A stretch of DNA of 50,204 nt from Duncaniella sp. Its GTDB lineage: Bacteria > Bacteroidota > Bacteroidia > Bacteroidales > Muribaculaceae. The stretch covers positions 1 through 50,204 of the forward strand of contig JAFLRW010000001.1 in assembly GCA_022511285.1 (NCBI GenBank), read 5' to 3'. Positions within the stretch are counted from its first letter, which is position 1; the number at the start of each line of letters is the position of its first letter. Below are positions 9,425-21,786 of this stretch, one piece after another. The notes under the pieces are model-generated. The model did no database searches. It saw nothing but the letters and a program-made list of their open reading frames with translations, and was not told the origin of the DNA. Both the position numbers and the translations under genes were made by a program.

Positions 9425-9871
9425 ATGTCAGCTCTTCCTGTTTCCGATCGCGCTTTTGGGCGCTTGCTTAAGGATGCCATCCTTCTCACCGCTTGCCACA
9501 CCACTATTGCCGCCATTCTGCTCTATGCCGAGACTCTCTCCACTGACGGTATAGACCTCTCGGCTCTTGACCGGGATGCGTGGGCAACGATGAAGCTCCG
9601 TATCGACACTGCCGCACGCCGCTCGGCTCGCGCACGCTCTGCTGCCGCGGCGCGAAAAGCCGCTGCCCGCGACCGACCTCAACAAAAACCAAACACAACG
9701 GCGGGAACAGTCGGCGACGACGACTCTATTCCCACCATTGTGTTTGATAATCCTGCCAACCCCGACTCTCCCCTGCCGGATATCCCTATAGTCTCGGAAG
9801 TCCCCGAGGGATATGGCATTTTGGGAAAAATCCCGGGCTATTATATCCTCTCCCCTAAATGGGAGGGGTGA
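9425..9871 (+). CDS. Hypothetical protein, possible DUF6291-like helical domain
   Basis: Own promoter and leader; AILLYA...AWATMKLRIDTAARRSARAR pattern. Confidence 0.6.
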   Translation: MSALPVSDRAFGRLLKDAILLTACHTTIAAILLYAETLSTDGIDLSALDRDAWATMKLRIDTAARRSARARSAAAARKAAARDRPQQKPNTTAGTVGDDDSIPTIVFDNPANPDSPLPDIPIVSEVPEGYGILGKIPGYYILSPKWEG

Positions 9872-9873
9872 TG

Positions 9874-11253
<1,380 letters not shown>

Positions 11254-11320
11254 TGTTCTGTCTATGTTGGTTGAGACCTCGGTTTGAGCCACCGCTATCC
11301 CACGTTTGTGTTTCTTTTTC

Positions 11321-12772
11321 TTAATTCTCATCCTCGTCGTCGTTATCGTCGCTCTCCTCGTAGAGGTTGTCAGTGAGGATGCTGGCCACACGGTTGCGGA
11401 TTGTATCGCGCAGGTCCCCAAAGAGGCTTTTCCTCCGCGCGGACTTATCCGTGGAGGCTGTTTTCTCCGGTTGTGTGGGGTGCGATGCCGCCACTTCCTT
11501 CTTCGGTGCGGGCTCTGTCTGAGGCGTCGGGGTCACTCGCGGGGTGTTGCCGCGGTGAGGATACTGGTATTGAGTGGTGGCGGTGGCTGCCGGCTGTTCC
11601 GTCGGGTGCGACGCCGGCTGTGGGAGCGGCTCAAGACATTCTTCAGCGCCCTTGCGGGTGGCGGCGGCAAGGATGGCTATCACATCCACGGCCTCTGCGC
11701 TCTGGATGCGGCCGTCGAGTATGTGCACACGATTGTCGGGGGTGCCTATGCGCACCTTGACTCCTCCGAGCATCTCTTCGAGGCGCTTGGTCAGGCCCCC
11801 CAGTCGGGAGCCGCCGCCGGTCACCACTACGCCGCCTGCCAGCTGCGATGTCTCAAGCCCGGCATACTTGATTTGCTCCACTACGTTGAGCAATATCTCG
11901 CCGGCACGGGCTCCGACGTAGAGATTGATGGTCTCAAGGTCGACATTTTCTATCGGGCGCACCACCTGATGTGTCTCGGGCCCCGAGGCGTTGCCATATT
12001 GGATTTTGTATTCCTCTGCGCGCTCCTCAAGGATATTGAGTGTGGCGATGTCAAGCGTGATGTTGTGCGACCCCATCGGCAACACCGCAAGGTGGACCAA
12101 CACTCCCTGCTTGTAGATGGCCACAGAGGTGGTCTCTGCTCCGAAGTCCACAAACATACAGCCCAGACGTTTCTCATCAGTGGTCGTCACAAGATCTGCC
12201 TCGGCTAAAGGACGCACAAACATATTCTTAATCTTGAGGTTGAGACGCAGCTCCAACACCTGCACTATGTTTTTAAGCAGCTGGCTGCGGCAGCTCAACA
12301 CGTCGTTGCGGGTGATGATGTGTCGGCCCATCACTCCTACCGGACGGGGATTCAGGGTGTTGTCTATGCGCACCTCGCGGGTCAGTGCACCCACAACATC
12401 GCGGTCGGCAAACGGACGGCTCAGGGCTTCATCTTTCATCTCGTCGAGGATGCCGCGGGTGATTTCGGTCTCCATCGGGAAGTGGCGCTCGATATCTATG
12501 CAATCGGATTTCAGCGATCGGCCTCCGATGTTGATATACACCTTTTTCACCTTGCGGTGGTTTGTGCGCTGTTCGAGGCGGTCAAGCACACTGCGGACTG
12601 CCTTGACGGTCTCTACCACGTTGATTACACAGCCGTAGCGGACTATGTTGTCCGTAATCTTTTCTTCCTCTACGGCTTTGACACTCAGTGTGTTGTTAGC
12701 ATCAACAATGCCTATGGCACCTTTGATTTTGCTGCTCCCTATTTCGAGGGCTACGATTGTTTTTTCGTCCAT
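11321..12772 (-). CDS. ftsA: Cell division protein FtsA
   Basis: ALEIGSSKI, VDFGAETT, VVTGGGS; position between ftsQ and ftsZ. Confidence 0.95.
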   Translation of the reverse strand: MDEKTIVALEIGSSKIKGAIGIVDANNTLSVKAVEEEKITDNIVRYGCVINVVETVKAVRSVLDRLEQRTNHRKVKKVYINIGGRSLKSDCIDIERHFPMETEITRGILDEMKDEALSRPFADRDVVGALTREVRIDNTLNPRPVGVMGRHIITRNDVLSCRSQLLKNIVQVLELRLNLKIKNMFVRPLAEADLVTTTDEKRLGCMFVDFGAETTSVAIYKQGVLVHLAVLPMGSHNITLDIATLNILEERAEEYKIQYGNASGPETHQVVRPIENVDLETINLYVGARAGEILLNVVEQIKYAGLETSQLAGGVVVTGGGSRLGGLTKRLEEMLGGVKVRIGTPDNRVHILDGRIQSAEAVDVIAILAAATRKGAEECLEPLPQPASHPTEQPAATATTQYQYPHRGNTPRVTPTPQTEPAPKKEVAASHPTQPEKTASTDKSARRKSLFGDLRDTIRNRVASILTDNLYEESDDNDDEDEN

Positions 12773-12812
12773 TTTGAAGGAGGCGGTGTGGGGGTTATAG
12801 TGGTGGGTGATG

Positions 12813-13718
12813 TTAATTTGCGGTGGGTTGTTTTGCCCGCGGTATGGGGCGCTCGGTGTTGGCTTTCACGCCCGGCACGGTTTGTCCGGGGGCCACATCG
12901 TCGCCGGCAAGCATCGCATCGACACTCACGGCCTCATCCTCGTCAAAGGCACTGACGGGGAGCTCTGCGGCTTTGCGATGGCGCTTGCCTGCCACTATCT
13001 GGCTGTTCCATTTAAGGGTGATGGTGTCATACTTCTCCCATCCTTGCCCGGTGAGCACTTCGGTGTAAAACCGATGCAGGCGGGTAAATTTGGATTCTAT
13101 GTCGGTCGGGGCGCCGAAGTTGATTACGTGCTCCCGTATCGTCGGAACCAATATCACGTCTGAGGGGCTTTTGACTTCAATCATTGTGATAAAGGTGTTC
13201 CAAACGGAGTCATTCGAGATGTAGTCAAGCAGCGGCAGGAGGCTCAGCGGGGTGAACACGCTGTCTGTGGCGTTGAAATGCCCTTTGATGATGGGCACAT
13301 TCTTGCGAAAGCGCGCTCCGGCTTTCACCTGTTTGCCGGTGCGATTGATATAGTAGCTCTCGTTGCCGTCAAACACTCGTGCCACCGGAACTATCGGCTT
13401 CACCTTGATGCGTATGGAGCCGTCGGTGTAACGCACCACTGAGGCATCCTCAAGCTTGTCAAGCTCAAGCAGCCGGCGGTGGATGGTCTGGGTGTTGAGC
13501 GCTGTGAAAGGGATGCCGCGGGCGCTGTCGGCAATCTCTCCTATCTCGGCGGCAATCTCTTCCTGCGTCACAAATCCGCTGGCGCCGTCTGTGGGCTCTA
13601 CTTCAATGCTCAGACCGCTACACACTTGATTGTCGGGTTGAGATACGGCTACGACTAATGCCACCGCAAGATATGCGGCAAGCACTATGCAAAACGTTAT
13701 TTTCAGATACTTGGGCAT
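12813..13718 (-). CDS. ftsQ: Cell division protein FtsQ/DivIB
   Basis: N-terminal TM helix, PVARV...YYIN, GWEKYDTITLKWNSQIV; dcw position. Confidence 0.88.
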   Translation of the reverse strand: MPKYLKITFCIVLAAYLAVALVVAVSQPDNQVCSGLSIEVEPTDGASGFVTQEEIAAEIGEIADSARGIPFTALNTQTIHRRLLELDKLEDASVVRYTDGSIRIKVKPIVPVARVFDGNESYYINRTGKQVKAGARFRKNVPIIKGHFNATDSVFTPLSLLPLLDYISNDSVWNTFITMIEVKSPSDVILVPTIREHVINFGAPTDIESKFTRLHRFYTEVLTGQGWEKYDTITLKWNSQIVAGKRHRKAAELPVSAFDEDEAVSVDAMLAGDDVAPGQTVPGVKANTERPIPRAKQPTAN

Positions 13719-13735
13719 TGTGGACTGTGGATGGT

Positions 13736-15124
13736 TCAGTGGCTCACGGCTTCTACTATCGCAGGCAGCAGGGTGTTGATGTCGCCGGCTCCTACGGTCA
13801 ATAATATGTCAAAGTTACGATTTTTAAGCGTTTCCACCAATTTTTCTTTGGCTGTAAGCCATTTATCTGCAGTTTTCACATCCCGCAGGATAATTTCGGA
13901 GCTGACGCCCTCGATAGGCTCCTCGCGCGCCGGATAGATAGGGAGCAGGTGGACGGTGTCGGCTTCGGAGAGTGCGGCGGCAAAGTCGGCGGCAAAGTCG
14001 CGGGTGCGGCTGTAGAGGTGTGGCTGGAACACCACGGTGAGCTTGCGGCCGGGATAGAGCGCCTTCACAGAGGCTATGGAAGAGCGCAATTCCTGAGGAT
14101 GGTGGGCATAGTCGTCTATTATCACGCGCCCGAGCCCGCTGTCCTCTTTGAGCCACGTCTCGAATCGACGGCGCGTGCCCTGATATGTGGAGATGGCCGT
14201 GCGGATGGCTGTGGGATCAAATGCTTCGGTGCAAGCCACTGCTGCTACGGCGGCTATGGCATTCTCTATATTGATTTCCACCGGCACTCCGAGGTTGATG
14301 TTGCGGATGGTGCCGCGAGGCGTTACTATGTCAAACGTAATGTTGCCGGGGCTCCGGCGGATATATGTGGCGTGGAAATCGCCGCCGTCGCGCGAGTAGG
14401 TGAACACCTCTACTCCTTCGCCCACTCGCGGCTTGAGCTTCAGACCTTCGTGGACTATTAGTTTCCCTCCGGGACGTATCAGCTCCGTGAATCGGGCAAA
14501 ACTTTCGAGATAGGCCTCCTCTGTGCCGTAGATGTCGAGGTGGTCAGGGTCTGTTGAGGTGATGACGGCTACAGTCGGGGTAAGATGATGGAACGAGCGG
14601 TCATATTCGTCTGCCTCAATGACGCTGTAGGTCGATGACGGAGCGAGCAGGAAGTTGGTGCCGTAGTTCTTGAGTTCTCCGCCCAGGAAGGCATTGCACC
14701 CTGTCCCTTGCACCGTGAGGATGTGGGCCGCCATGCTCGATGTAGTGGTCTTGCCGTGCGTGCCGGCAAAGCAGAGGGCTATGGAGCCGCGGGCCACGAT
14801 GCCGAGGGCGCGAGCGCGTTTCATCATCTCGAAGCCCCCTTCGCGGAAGTAGCGCATGATAGGGGAGTCGGCCGGCACGGCGGGTGTGTAGATGACCGCT
14901 GTGGTGGCCGGATTGCGATAGGCCTCAGGGATTTCGGCCGGGTCCTGGTTGTAGATCAGCTCTACACCCTCTTTTTCCAATTCGGCTGTCAGGGCCGTCG
15001 GGGTCCTGTCATAGCCGGCCACACGCTTGCCGCGAGTCAGAAAGTAGCGCTCGAGAGCTGCCATTCCGATACCGCCGGCTCCTATGAAGTAGAGGTTGGG
15101 ATAGTTATCTATGTTGTTGTCCAT
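13736..15124 (-). CDS. murC: UDP-N-acetylmuramate-L-alanine ligase
   Basis: GAGGIGM, GTHGKTTT, EADEYDRSF, DDYAHHP. Confidence 0.97.
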   Translation of the reverse strand: MDNNIDNYPNLYFIGAGGIGMAALERYFLTRGKRVAGYDRTPTALTAELEKEGVELIYNQDPAEIPEAYRNPATTAVIYTPAVPADSPIMRYFREGGFEMMKRARALGIVARGSIALCFAGTHGKTTTSSMAAHILTVQGTGCNAFLGGELKNYGTNFLLAPSSTYSVIEADEYDRSFHHLTPTVAVITSTDPDHLDIYGTEEAYLESFARFTELIRPGGKLIVHEGLKLKPRVGEGVEVFTYSRDGGDFHATYIRRSPGNITFDIVTPRGTIRNINLGVPVEINIENAIAAVAAVACTEAFDPTAIRTAISTYQGTRRRFETWLKEDSGLGRVIIDDYAHHPQELRSSIASVKALYPGRKLTVVFQPHLYSRTRDFAADFAAALSEADTVHLLPIYPAREEPIEGVSSEIILRDVKTADKWLTAKEKLVETLKNRNFDILLTVGAGDINTLLPAIVEAVSH

Positions 15125-15156
15125 TTTGCGGTTGTGATGATGCGTGGTGGGTTGGG

Positions 15157-16245
15157 TTAAAGTCCCGTGATGCGGGCTATCTCTGCTGCTATGCGGTCGT
15201 CTGCGCCGTGGAGTGCCATTGCGGCGGCATTGCTTTCGAGGGAGGTGCGGAGCTCCGGCGAGTCAATGAGCGCCTCAAGCCTGGCGGGGAGCAGCTCAAC
15301 GGCTTCGCGGTCAAGTATCATTTCGGCGGCACCGCGGGTGGAGAGGGCTTCGGCGTTATGGCGCTGATGGTCTTCGGCAACGTTGGGCGATGGGATGAGG
15401 ATGGCGGCTTTCCCAAGGTTCTGCAGCTCGGAGATGGTCGACGCTCCGGCGCGAGCCACTACGATGTCGGCGGCGCGGTAGGCTATCTCCATACGGTCAA
15501 CGAAGGTCACTGCTCTCACTCCCTTCTTCCCTTCTGCCAAGGGTTGAAACTCGTCGGCGCCGCTGCGCCCTGTCTGCCAAAACAGCGAAGCTCCTTTTCG
15601 CTCAAACAGCGGGAGAGCCTCGGCCACGGCGCGATTGATGGTGTGGGCGCCAAGGCTGCCGCCGGTCACGAAGACGAGTGGCTGCTCGGGTGCAAAGCCG
15701 AGACTTCGTTTTGCCTCCTCACGGCTCAAGGCGCACTCTGATAGCTCCTTGCGCATTGGATTGCCCGTCAGGATGATTTTCTCTGCCGGGAAATAGCGTT
15801 CGGTGCCTTCGTAGGCCACACAGATGCAGTGTGCCTTCCGTGCCAGGAGTTTGTTAGTGACGCCCGGATATGAGTTCTGCTCCTGGACCAATGTCGGGAT
15901 GCCACGGCGCTGGGCTTCTTTGAGCACCGGGCCGCTTGCGTAGCCCCCGACTCCGATGGCTATATCCGGAGAGAACTCCTTGACAATGCGGCGGGCCTTC
16001 ACGAGCGAGCGCATCAACCGCCACACCACCGGAATATTGCGCCATAGGCGTTTACGGTCAAATCCGGCCACTGGAAGTCCCTCAATATTGTAGCCGGCAG
16101 CCGGAACACGCTCCATCTCCATACGCCCCTCGGCGCCGACAAAGAGGATTTCTGCATCGGGCCATCTGCGCTTCACGGCTCCGGCTATTGAAAGAGCCGG
16201 AAATATGTGGCCGCCTGTGCCGCCTCCTGAGATTAAGGCTTTCAT
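15157..16245 (-). CDS. murG: Lipid II GlcNAc transferase
   Basis: GGGTGGHIFP, EQNSYPG, GGSLGA, DHQRHNA. Confidence 0.97.
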   Translation of the reverse strand: MKALISGGGTGGHIFPALSIAGAVKRRWPDAEILFVGAEGRMEMERVPAAGYNIEGLPVAGFDRKRLWRNIPVVWRLMRSLVKARRIVKEFSPDIAIGVGGYASGPVLKEAQRRGIPTLVQEQNSYPGVTNKLLARKAHCICVAYEGTERYFPAEKIILTGNPMRKELSECALSREEAKRSLGFAPEQPLVFVTGGSLGAHTINRAVAEALPLFERKGASLFWQTGRSGADEFQPLAEGKKGVRAVTFVDRMEIAYRAADIVVARAGASTISELQNLGKAAILIPSPNVAEDHQRHNAEALSTRGAAEMILDREAVELLPARLEALIDSPELRTSLESNAAAMALHGADDRIAAEIARITGL

Positions 16246-17582
16246 AGTTGCATCGTATTTTCTCCGCTGAGCTGTTCGGGGAGAGCGTCAATCTCTTCGC
16301 GGATTTCCTGTTTCTTATTGGCTTTGCGTGTGGCGGTCCTGCTCACCGACAGCATTATGCCGAAGGCTATACAGGTCACCACTATAGATGTGCCGCCCTT
16401 TGAAATCAGCGGCAACGGTTGGCCCGACACGGGGAAGACTCCCGTGACGATGCCGATGTGGAATAGTGCCTGGAAGGCTATCATCACAGCCATTCCCAAC
16501 ACCAGAAGGGCCGGATATGTCACCGAGCAGCGTGAGGCTATTGACGATGCGCGCCCCAATAGCCACAGGTAGAGGAGCAACACTCCGATGCCGCCAATCA
16601 GCCCGAGCTCCTCGATGACGATGGCGAAAATGTAGTCGGAGAAGGCGAGTGGCAGGCGGGCGGCTTCGCGCGAGTTGCCGGGGCCTACGCCGGTGATGCC
16701 GCCGTGGGCCTGGGCCATGTAGCTGAGAATCTCCTGGCGGTTGTCGCCTACGGCCGGAAGCTCCCATTTGGGGACAGAGTCTTCCTGGTGGCGTATGATG
16801 CGGTTGATCCAGGTGGCTATGCGCGGCACCTCAATCTTTGTATCGCCGTTTTCCATAGCAGAGAGCTCGGTGGAATTGCTTTTGATTGCCTCAAGCTTCT
16901 GTTGGTACGGGACATATTGAGTGTAATACATAACGGTTAGCGTCGTGGCGCCAATGATTATAATTGCCGCGGCGCCAATGAGCAGATGCTTGAATCTCAC
17001 GCCGCCGATAATCATCATAGAGGCGGTGATTGAGAAGAGGAGCAGCGTGTTGGTGAGGCCCTGGGTGAAGAGGAGTGCCGAGAAGAAGAGCAACACTCCG
17101 CAGCTGAGCAGCATTCCTTTGAGGGTGATGCCCACTCCTTTGGGGTCTTGGTTGAGGGTCATAATGAGGGCCACCGAGAGCACGGCAGAGATTTTTACCA
17201 TTTCTGCCGGGAAAACGCCTATGCCGAGGATGGAGAGCGAGCGGCGCGCGCCGTTGATGTAGTCGCCGAAAAACATCACATATATCATCAGCGCCGCGCT
17301 GATGATGGAGAACCCTACGGTGAATAAGGCAAAGTCGCTGTAGTGGCGGCGTGCAAACACCCACACGATGCTGAGGCCGCCGATGAGCATCACCAGATGG
17401 CGGATGATGGGGCCCATGACGCCGATTGACGAGTTGGCCACTTCGCGCGAGGAGGCGCTGTAGAGCTCGATGACGGAAATGATGCAGAGGGCTATGAGTA
17501 TGCCCCAGATGTGTTTGTCGGCTCTTGCCACAGCTTTCGGTTTGGCGGTGGTTTCAGGTGTGGTGGTGTGAGATGTTTCCAT
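16242..17582 (-). CDS. ftsW: SEDS peptidoglycan polymerase FtsW
   Basis: INGARR, SDYIFAIVIEELG, GQPLPLISKGGTS. Start set to ATG 17582. Confidence 0.93.
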   Translation of the reverse strand: METSHTTTPETTAKPKAVARADKHIWGILIALCIISVIELYSASSREVANSSIGVMGPIIRHLVMLIGGLSIVWVFARRHYSDFALFTVGFSIISAALMIYVMFFGDYINGARRSLSILGIGVFPAEMVKISAVLSVALIMTLNQDPKGVGITLKGMLLSCGVLLFFSALLFTQGLTNTLLLFSITASMMIIGGVRFKHLLIGAAAIIIIGATTLTVMYYTQYVPYQQKLEAIKSNSTELSAMENGDTKIEVPRIATWINRIIRHQEDSVPKWELPAVGDNRQEILSYMAQAHGGITGVGPGNSREAARLPLAFSDYIFAIVIEELGLIGGIGVLLLYLWLLGRASSIASRCSVTYPALLVLGMAVMIAFQALFHIGIVTGVFPVSGQPLPLISKGGTSIVVTCIAFGIMLSVSRTATRKANKKQEIREEIDALPEQLSGENTMQL

Positions 17583-17622
17583 TGATTGTGTAGGGGAGTA
17601 GAGAGTATGGGAGAGGTGGGGG

Positions 17623-18978
17623 TTAAGATTTGTTTTTGAGTCGGCCGACGGCCTCTTTGAACAGCTTGCCGCGATTTTCGTAGCTCGTGAAGAGGTCAAA
17701 GCTGGCGCAGCAAGGGGAGAGGAGTACAGTGTCGCCGGGGCCGGCGAGGGTGGCGCAGCGCTCCACAGCCACATCCAAGGAGTGGGTGTCGTGAAGCTCT
17801 ATGCCGTGAGGGCCGAAGTAGTCAAGCAGCTTGGAGTTGTCTTTGCCCATACACACTATGGCTTTCACTTTTTCTTTTACCAAGGGGAGGATTTCGGAGT
17901 AGTCGTTCCCCTTGTCCTTGCCTCCGAGAATGAGGATTACGTCGTGGGGCATTGATTCCAGGGCATACCAGGTGGAGTTGACGTTGGTGGCCTTCGAATC
18001 GTTAATCCAGCGGACGCCATTGATGGTGCCACACGGTTCGAGACGGTGCTCCACACCCTCGAAGTCGGCGAGGGCCTTGCGGATATGCTCCTTGTCAATC
18101 TCCATAATGCAGCCGGAGATGGCGGCCGCCATAGAGTTGTAAAGGTTGTGAAGGCCGTTGAGCGAGAGTTCGGCACGCGGCATTCGCATCTTTTCGCTCG
18201 GGGTGTCGATGCAGATTACGCCCTCGTCGTCGACCCACGCGGCTGTCTGCGGAGTCTCGTGAGTCTCGCTGAAGGGATAGAGGTGGGCCTCGGTGGCTAT
18301 GCGCTCAAGCTGGCGGCGTATCACGGGGTCGTCCTGCCAGTAGATGAAGGCGTCCTGTGGCGTGAGATTGTTGAGGATGCGGAATTTGGCGTTGACATAG
18401 TTCTGCATCTCGTAGTCGTAGCGGTCCAAGTGGTCGGGGGTGATATTGAGAATCACCGCTATGTTGGCATGGAAGTCATACATGTTTTCGAGCTGGAAGC
18501 TTGAGAGCTCGATTACGTAAACCTCGTGAGGGTCGCGCGCCACCTGAAGAGCAAGGCTTTTGCCCACGTTTCCGGCGAGGCCGGCGTCTATTCCGGCAGT
18601 CTGGAGCAGATGGTGGGTGAGCAGGGTTGTGGTGGTCTTGCCGTTGCTGCCGGTGATGCAGACCATCCGGGCGTCGGTGTAGCGGCCGGCAAATTCAATT
18701 TCGGAGATTACGGGGACCCCTTTTTCCACCAGAGCTGTCACCGCCGGGACCGTTGGGGGGATGCCGGGGCTTTTCACCGCCGTGTCAGCCTCGAGGATAC
18801 GCTCCATCGAGTGTTTACCCTCCTCCCACTCAATGCCTTCTGAGTCAAGGGCCTGTTTATAGCGCTCGGAGATGGAGCCGGAGTCAGAGAGAAACACGTT
18901 CCACCCCTTGTCTTTGCCGAGGATGGCGGCTCCGACGCCGCTCTCGCCTCCGCCAAGTATCACGAGATTTTTTGACAT
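17623..18978 (-). CDS. murD: UDP-MurNAc-L-Ala-D-glutamate ligase
   Basis: ITGSNGKTTT, ELSSFQL, NDSKATN, LSPCCASFD. Confidence 0.97.
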   Translation of the reverse strand: MSKNLVILGGGESGVGAAILGKDKGWNVFLSDSGSISERYKQALDSEGIEWEEGKHSMERILEADTAVKSPGIPPTVPAVTALVEKGVPVISEIEFAGRYTDARMVCITGSNGKTTTTLLTHHLLQTAGIDAGLAGNVGKSLALQVARDPHEVYVIELSSFQLENMYDFHANIAVILNITPDHLDRYDYEMQNYVNAKFRILNNLTPQDAFIYWQDDPVIRRQLERIATEAHLYPFSETHETPQTAAWVDDEGVICIDTPSEKMRMPRAELSLNGLHNLYNSMAAAISGCIMEIDKEHIRKALADFEGVEHRLEPCGTINGVRWINDSKATNVNSTWYALESMPHDVILILGGKDKGNDYSEILPLVKEKVKAIVCMGKDNSKLLDYFGPHGIELHDTHSLDVAVERCATLAGPGDTVLLSPCCASFDLFTSYENRGKLFKEAVGRLKNKS

Positions 18979-18996
18979 ATATGATGTGTGTAGATT

Positions 18997-20259
18997 TTAT
19001 CTGATTTTGAGAGTGATGAAGGTGAGTATGGCAAGGAAGATGCCTATAATCCAGAAGCGGGTGACTATTTTTGGCTCCGTAATGGCATTTTTTGGGTAGT
19101 CAAACAGTGCCGGTATTCCCTCCTTTTGGAAATGATGATGGAGAGGAGCCATCCTGAATATTCGGCGCCCTTCGCCATATTTTTTGCGTGTGTACTTGAA
19201 ATATGCCACCTGAATCATCACTGAAAGGTCTTCGACAAAGAAGATGGCGCAGAGGAGGGGAATGAGCAGCTCTTTGTGGATGAGGATGGCGAAGACGGCA
19301 ATGATGCCGCCGATGGTGAGGGAGCCTGTGTCGCCCATAAAGACTTGCGCCGGGTTGGCGTTGTACCATAGGAATCCGATGAGAGCCCCCATAAATGCCG
19401 ACATAAACACCACCATCTCTCCGGAGCCGGGGATATACATGATGTTGAGATATCCGGAGTAGATGATATTTCCTCCGAGATAGGCCATAATGGCGAGGGC
19501 GGCGCAGATGATGGCGCTGACACCGGCACAGAGGCCGTCGAGGCCGTCGGTGAGGTTGGCGCCGTTGCTGGTGGCGCTGACGGCGATGATGACAACGAGG
19601 ATGAAGAGCACCCATCCGCCGGTCTGAGCGTAGGGACCCATCCAGGTGGTCAGTGAGGAGTAGTCAAAGTTGTTGTTTTTTACAAACGGGATGGTGGTTT
19701 GTGTTGACTTGACGTTGAGTTCGGCCGAGTCCACCACTTGCTCTACTCCGTCGACCGCAGGGGGTGTCGTGGTAACAACCTGGCGCTGGGTGATGTCGGG
19801 GCTAAGATACATTGTGAGCCCGACGAGCAGACCCAATCCCACCTGGCCAATGATTTTGAACTTCCCTTTCATCCCGTCCTTGTTGTGGTATTTAAACTTA
19901 AGATAGTCGTCAAGGAATCCTATTGTGCCGAGCCATAGGGTGGAGATGAGGAGCAGAACCATGTAAATGTTGCCGAGGTCGCCGACGAGCAGGCAGGGTA
20001 TCATAATAGCGATAATTATGATGATGCCGCCCATAGTGGGAGTGCCGGTCTTATTTCGCTGTCCTTCAAGGCCAAGGTTGCGCACCACTTCGCCAATCTG
20101 CATAATCTGCAGGCGGTCAATGATGCGGCGGCCTATCACTGTGGTGAGGAATAGCGAAAGGAGAGCTGCGGCCACGGAGCGCACGGTGATATAGCTCATC
20201 AGTCGAGCTCCGGGGATGTGGCTGCTGCCGTTCAGTTGCTCATAAAGCCAGTAAAGCAT
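18997..20259 (-). CDS. mraY: Phospho-MurNAc-pentapeptide transferase
   Basis: [30 protein letters not shown]. Confidence 0.97.
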   Translation of the reverse strand: MLYWLYEQLNGSSHIPGARLMSYITVRSVAAALLSLFLTTVIGRRIIDRLQIMQIGEVVRNLGLEGQRNKTGTPTMGGIIIIIAIMIPCLLVGDLGNIYMVLLLISTLWLGTIGFLDDYLKFKYHNKDGMKGKFKIIGQVGLGLLVGLTMYLSPDITQRQVVTTTPPAVDGVEQVVDSAELNVKSTQTTIPFVKNNNFDYSSLTTWMGPYAQTGGWVLFILVVIIAVSATSNGANLTDGLDGLCAGVSAIICAALAIMAYLGGNIIYSGYLNIMYIPGSGEMVVFMSAFMGALIGFLWYNANPAQVFMGDTGSLTIGGIIAVFAILIHKELLIPLLCAIFFVEDLSVMIQVAYFKYTRKKYGEGRRIFRMAPLHHHFQKEGIPALFDYPKNAITEPKIVTRFWIIGIFLAILTFITLKIR

Positions 20260-20304
20260 CGTCCTGTGTTATTTTTTGAGAGTGAGTGTGTGTGAAAATA
20301 TGGT

Positions 20305-21765
20305 TCAGAGTTCTTGGAAGGCTGCTTTTACCTCTTCGCTGTCGGCAAAGTGGTGTTTGACACCGCAGATTTCCTGGTAATCCTCGTGCCCCTTTCCTGC
20401 AATCAGCACCACAGTGCCTTGCGCGGCCATCCTGACTGCCTTGCGGATGGCTTCGCGGCGGTCAGTGATGCGTGTGGTGCGGGCGCTGAGAGCGGGGTCG
20501 AGACCGGCTTCCATCTGGTCGATTATAGAGTCGGGCTCCTCGAAGCGGGGATTGTCGGATGTGAGGATTAGGTGAGAAGAGCGGCGGGCCGCTTCGAGCG
20601 CCATGATGGGGCGTTTCCCGGCATCGCGGTTGCCACCGCACCCCACCACGGTGATTATCTGCCCCTGCGGGCCCACCACCTCGCGTATGGTGTCAAGCAC
20701 ATTGACGAGGGCGTCGGGGGTGTGGGCATAGTCCACAATGGCGGTCACCCCTGCGGGCGAGCGGAAGGCCTGGAAACGACCGGCCACGGGGACAAGGCGG
20801 GAAATGGCCCGGAGAATGGCCTCGTTATCCCATCCCAGAAGGCGCGCTACGCCGTAGACAGCCGTGAGATTGTAGGCGTTGAAGCGTCCGGTGAAGAGGG
20901 TTTCGACTTCACGGCCATTCAGACTCAGCAGAGTGCCGTCGATGCGCTGCTCCACGATGTGGCCGGTGAAGTCGGCTTCGCTGCGGAGGGAGTATGTGTG
21001 GCGCGAGGCGGGTGTGTTCTGCAGCATTACGGCTCCGTTGCGGTCATCGGCATTGGTGAGGGCGAAGGCTGTGGCCGGGAGGGTGTCAAAGAATAGTTTT
21101 TTTGCGGCAAGATAGGCGTCGACAGTCTTGTGATAGTCGAGATGGTCGCGCGTCAGATTGGTGAACACTCCTCCGGTAAAGGTGAGTCCTGCAATGCGGC
21201 GCTGATGAGCGGCGTGGGAGCTTACCTCCATAGCGGCATATTGGCATCCGGCATCGACCATCTGCGCCAGGAGACGATTGATTGTAATGGGGTCGGGGGT
21301 GGTGTGTTCTGTGGGATAGGGTGTGGTGTCGACATAGTTGCAGACGGTGGAGAGGAGACCGGCTTTATAGCCCATCAGTCGCGCCATCTCATAGATAAGA
21401 GTGGCTGTGGTAGTCTTGCCGTTGGTGCCGGTGACGCCTATCAGTCGGAGCTTGGCCGAGGGGTTGTCAAACCATTGCGAGGCGAGATGGCCGAGGGCAT
21501 CGGCGCTTGAGGCCACACGGATCTGTTTTACAGCCGTGGATAGGTGCTGCGGGAGCTGTTCGCACACGATGGCCGCGGCGCCTTTCTCAACGGCTGAGTC
21601 GATGAACCGATGTCCGTCGACACTCACGCCCGGCACAGCGACGAAAAGCCATCCGGGGCCCACTTCGCGAGAGTCGGCGGTGATGCCTTTGATGTCGAGG
21701 TCAGGTGTGTCCCCACCTGTGATGGCCAGTGGGGTTATTGCAGAAAGGAGACGGTTGATATTCAT
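20305..21765 (-). CDS. murE: UDP-MurNAc-tripeptide synthetase (meso-DAP type)
   Basis: TGTNGKTT, MEVSSH, DYAHTPD and the DNPR motif. Confidence 0.97.
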   Translation of the reverse strand: MNINRLLSAITPLAITGGDTPDLDIKGITADSREVGPGWLFVAVPGVSVDGHRFIDSAVEKGAAAIVCEQLPQHLSTAVKQIRVASSADALGHLASQWFDNPSAKLRLIGVTGTNGKTTTATLIYEMARLMGYKAGLLSTVCNYVDTTPYPTEHTTPDPITINRLLAQMVDAGCQYAAMEVSSHAAHQRRIAGLTFTGGVFTNLTRDHLDYHKTVDAYLAAKKLFFDTLPATAFALTNADDRNGAVMLQNTPASRHTYSLRSEADFTGHIVEQRIDGTLLSLNGREVETLFTGRFNAYNLTAVYGVARLLGWDNEAILRAISRLVPVAGRFQAFRSPAGVTAIVDYAHTPDALVNVLDTIREVVGPQGQIITVVGCGGNRDAGKRPIMALEAARRSSHLILTSDNPRFEEPDSIIDQMEAGLDPALSARTTRITDRREAIRKAVRMAAQGTVVLIAGKGHEDYQEICGVKHHFADSEEVKAAFQEL

Positions 21766-21786
21766 TGTTGTCGGATGGGACTGATG

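Noticed and set aside
11254-11421. 55-aa N-terminal extension of FtsZ in the ORF track
   Set aside because: Overlaps the ftsA 3' end and is low-complexity; ATG 11253 gives a normal protein.
18997-21765. murF and ddl missing from the dcw cluster
   Set aside because: murE-mraY adjacency is the usual Bacteroidales arrangement.
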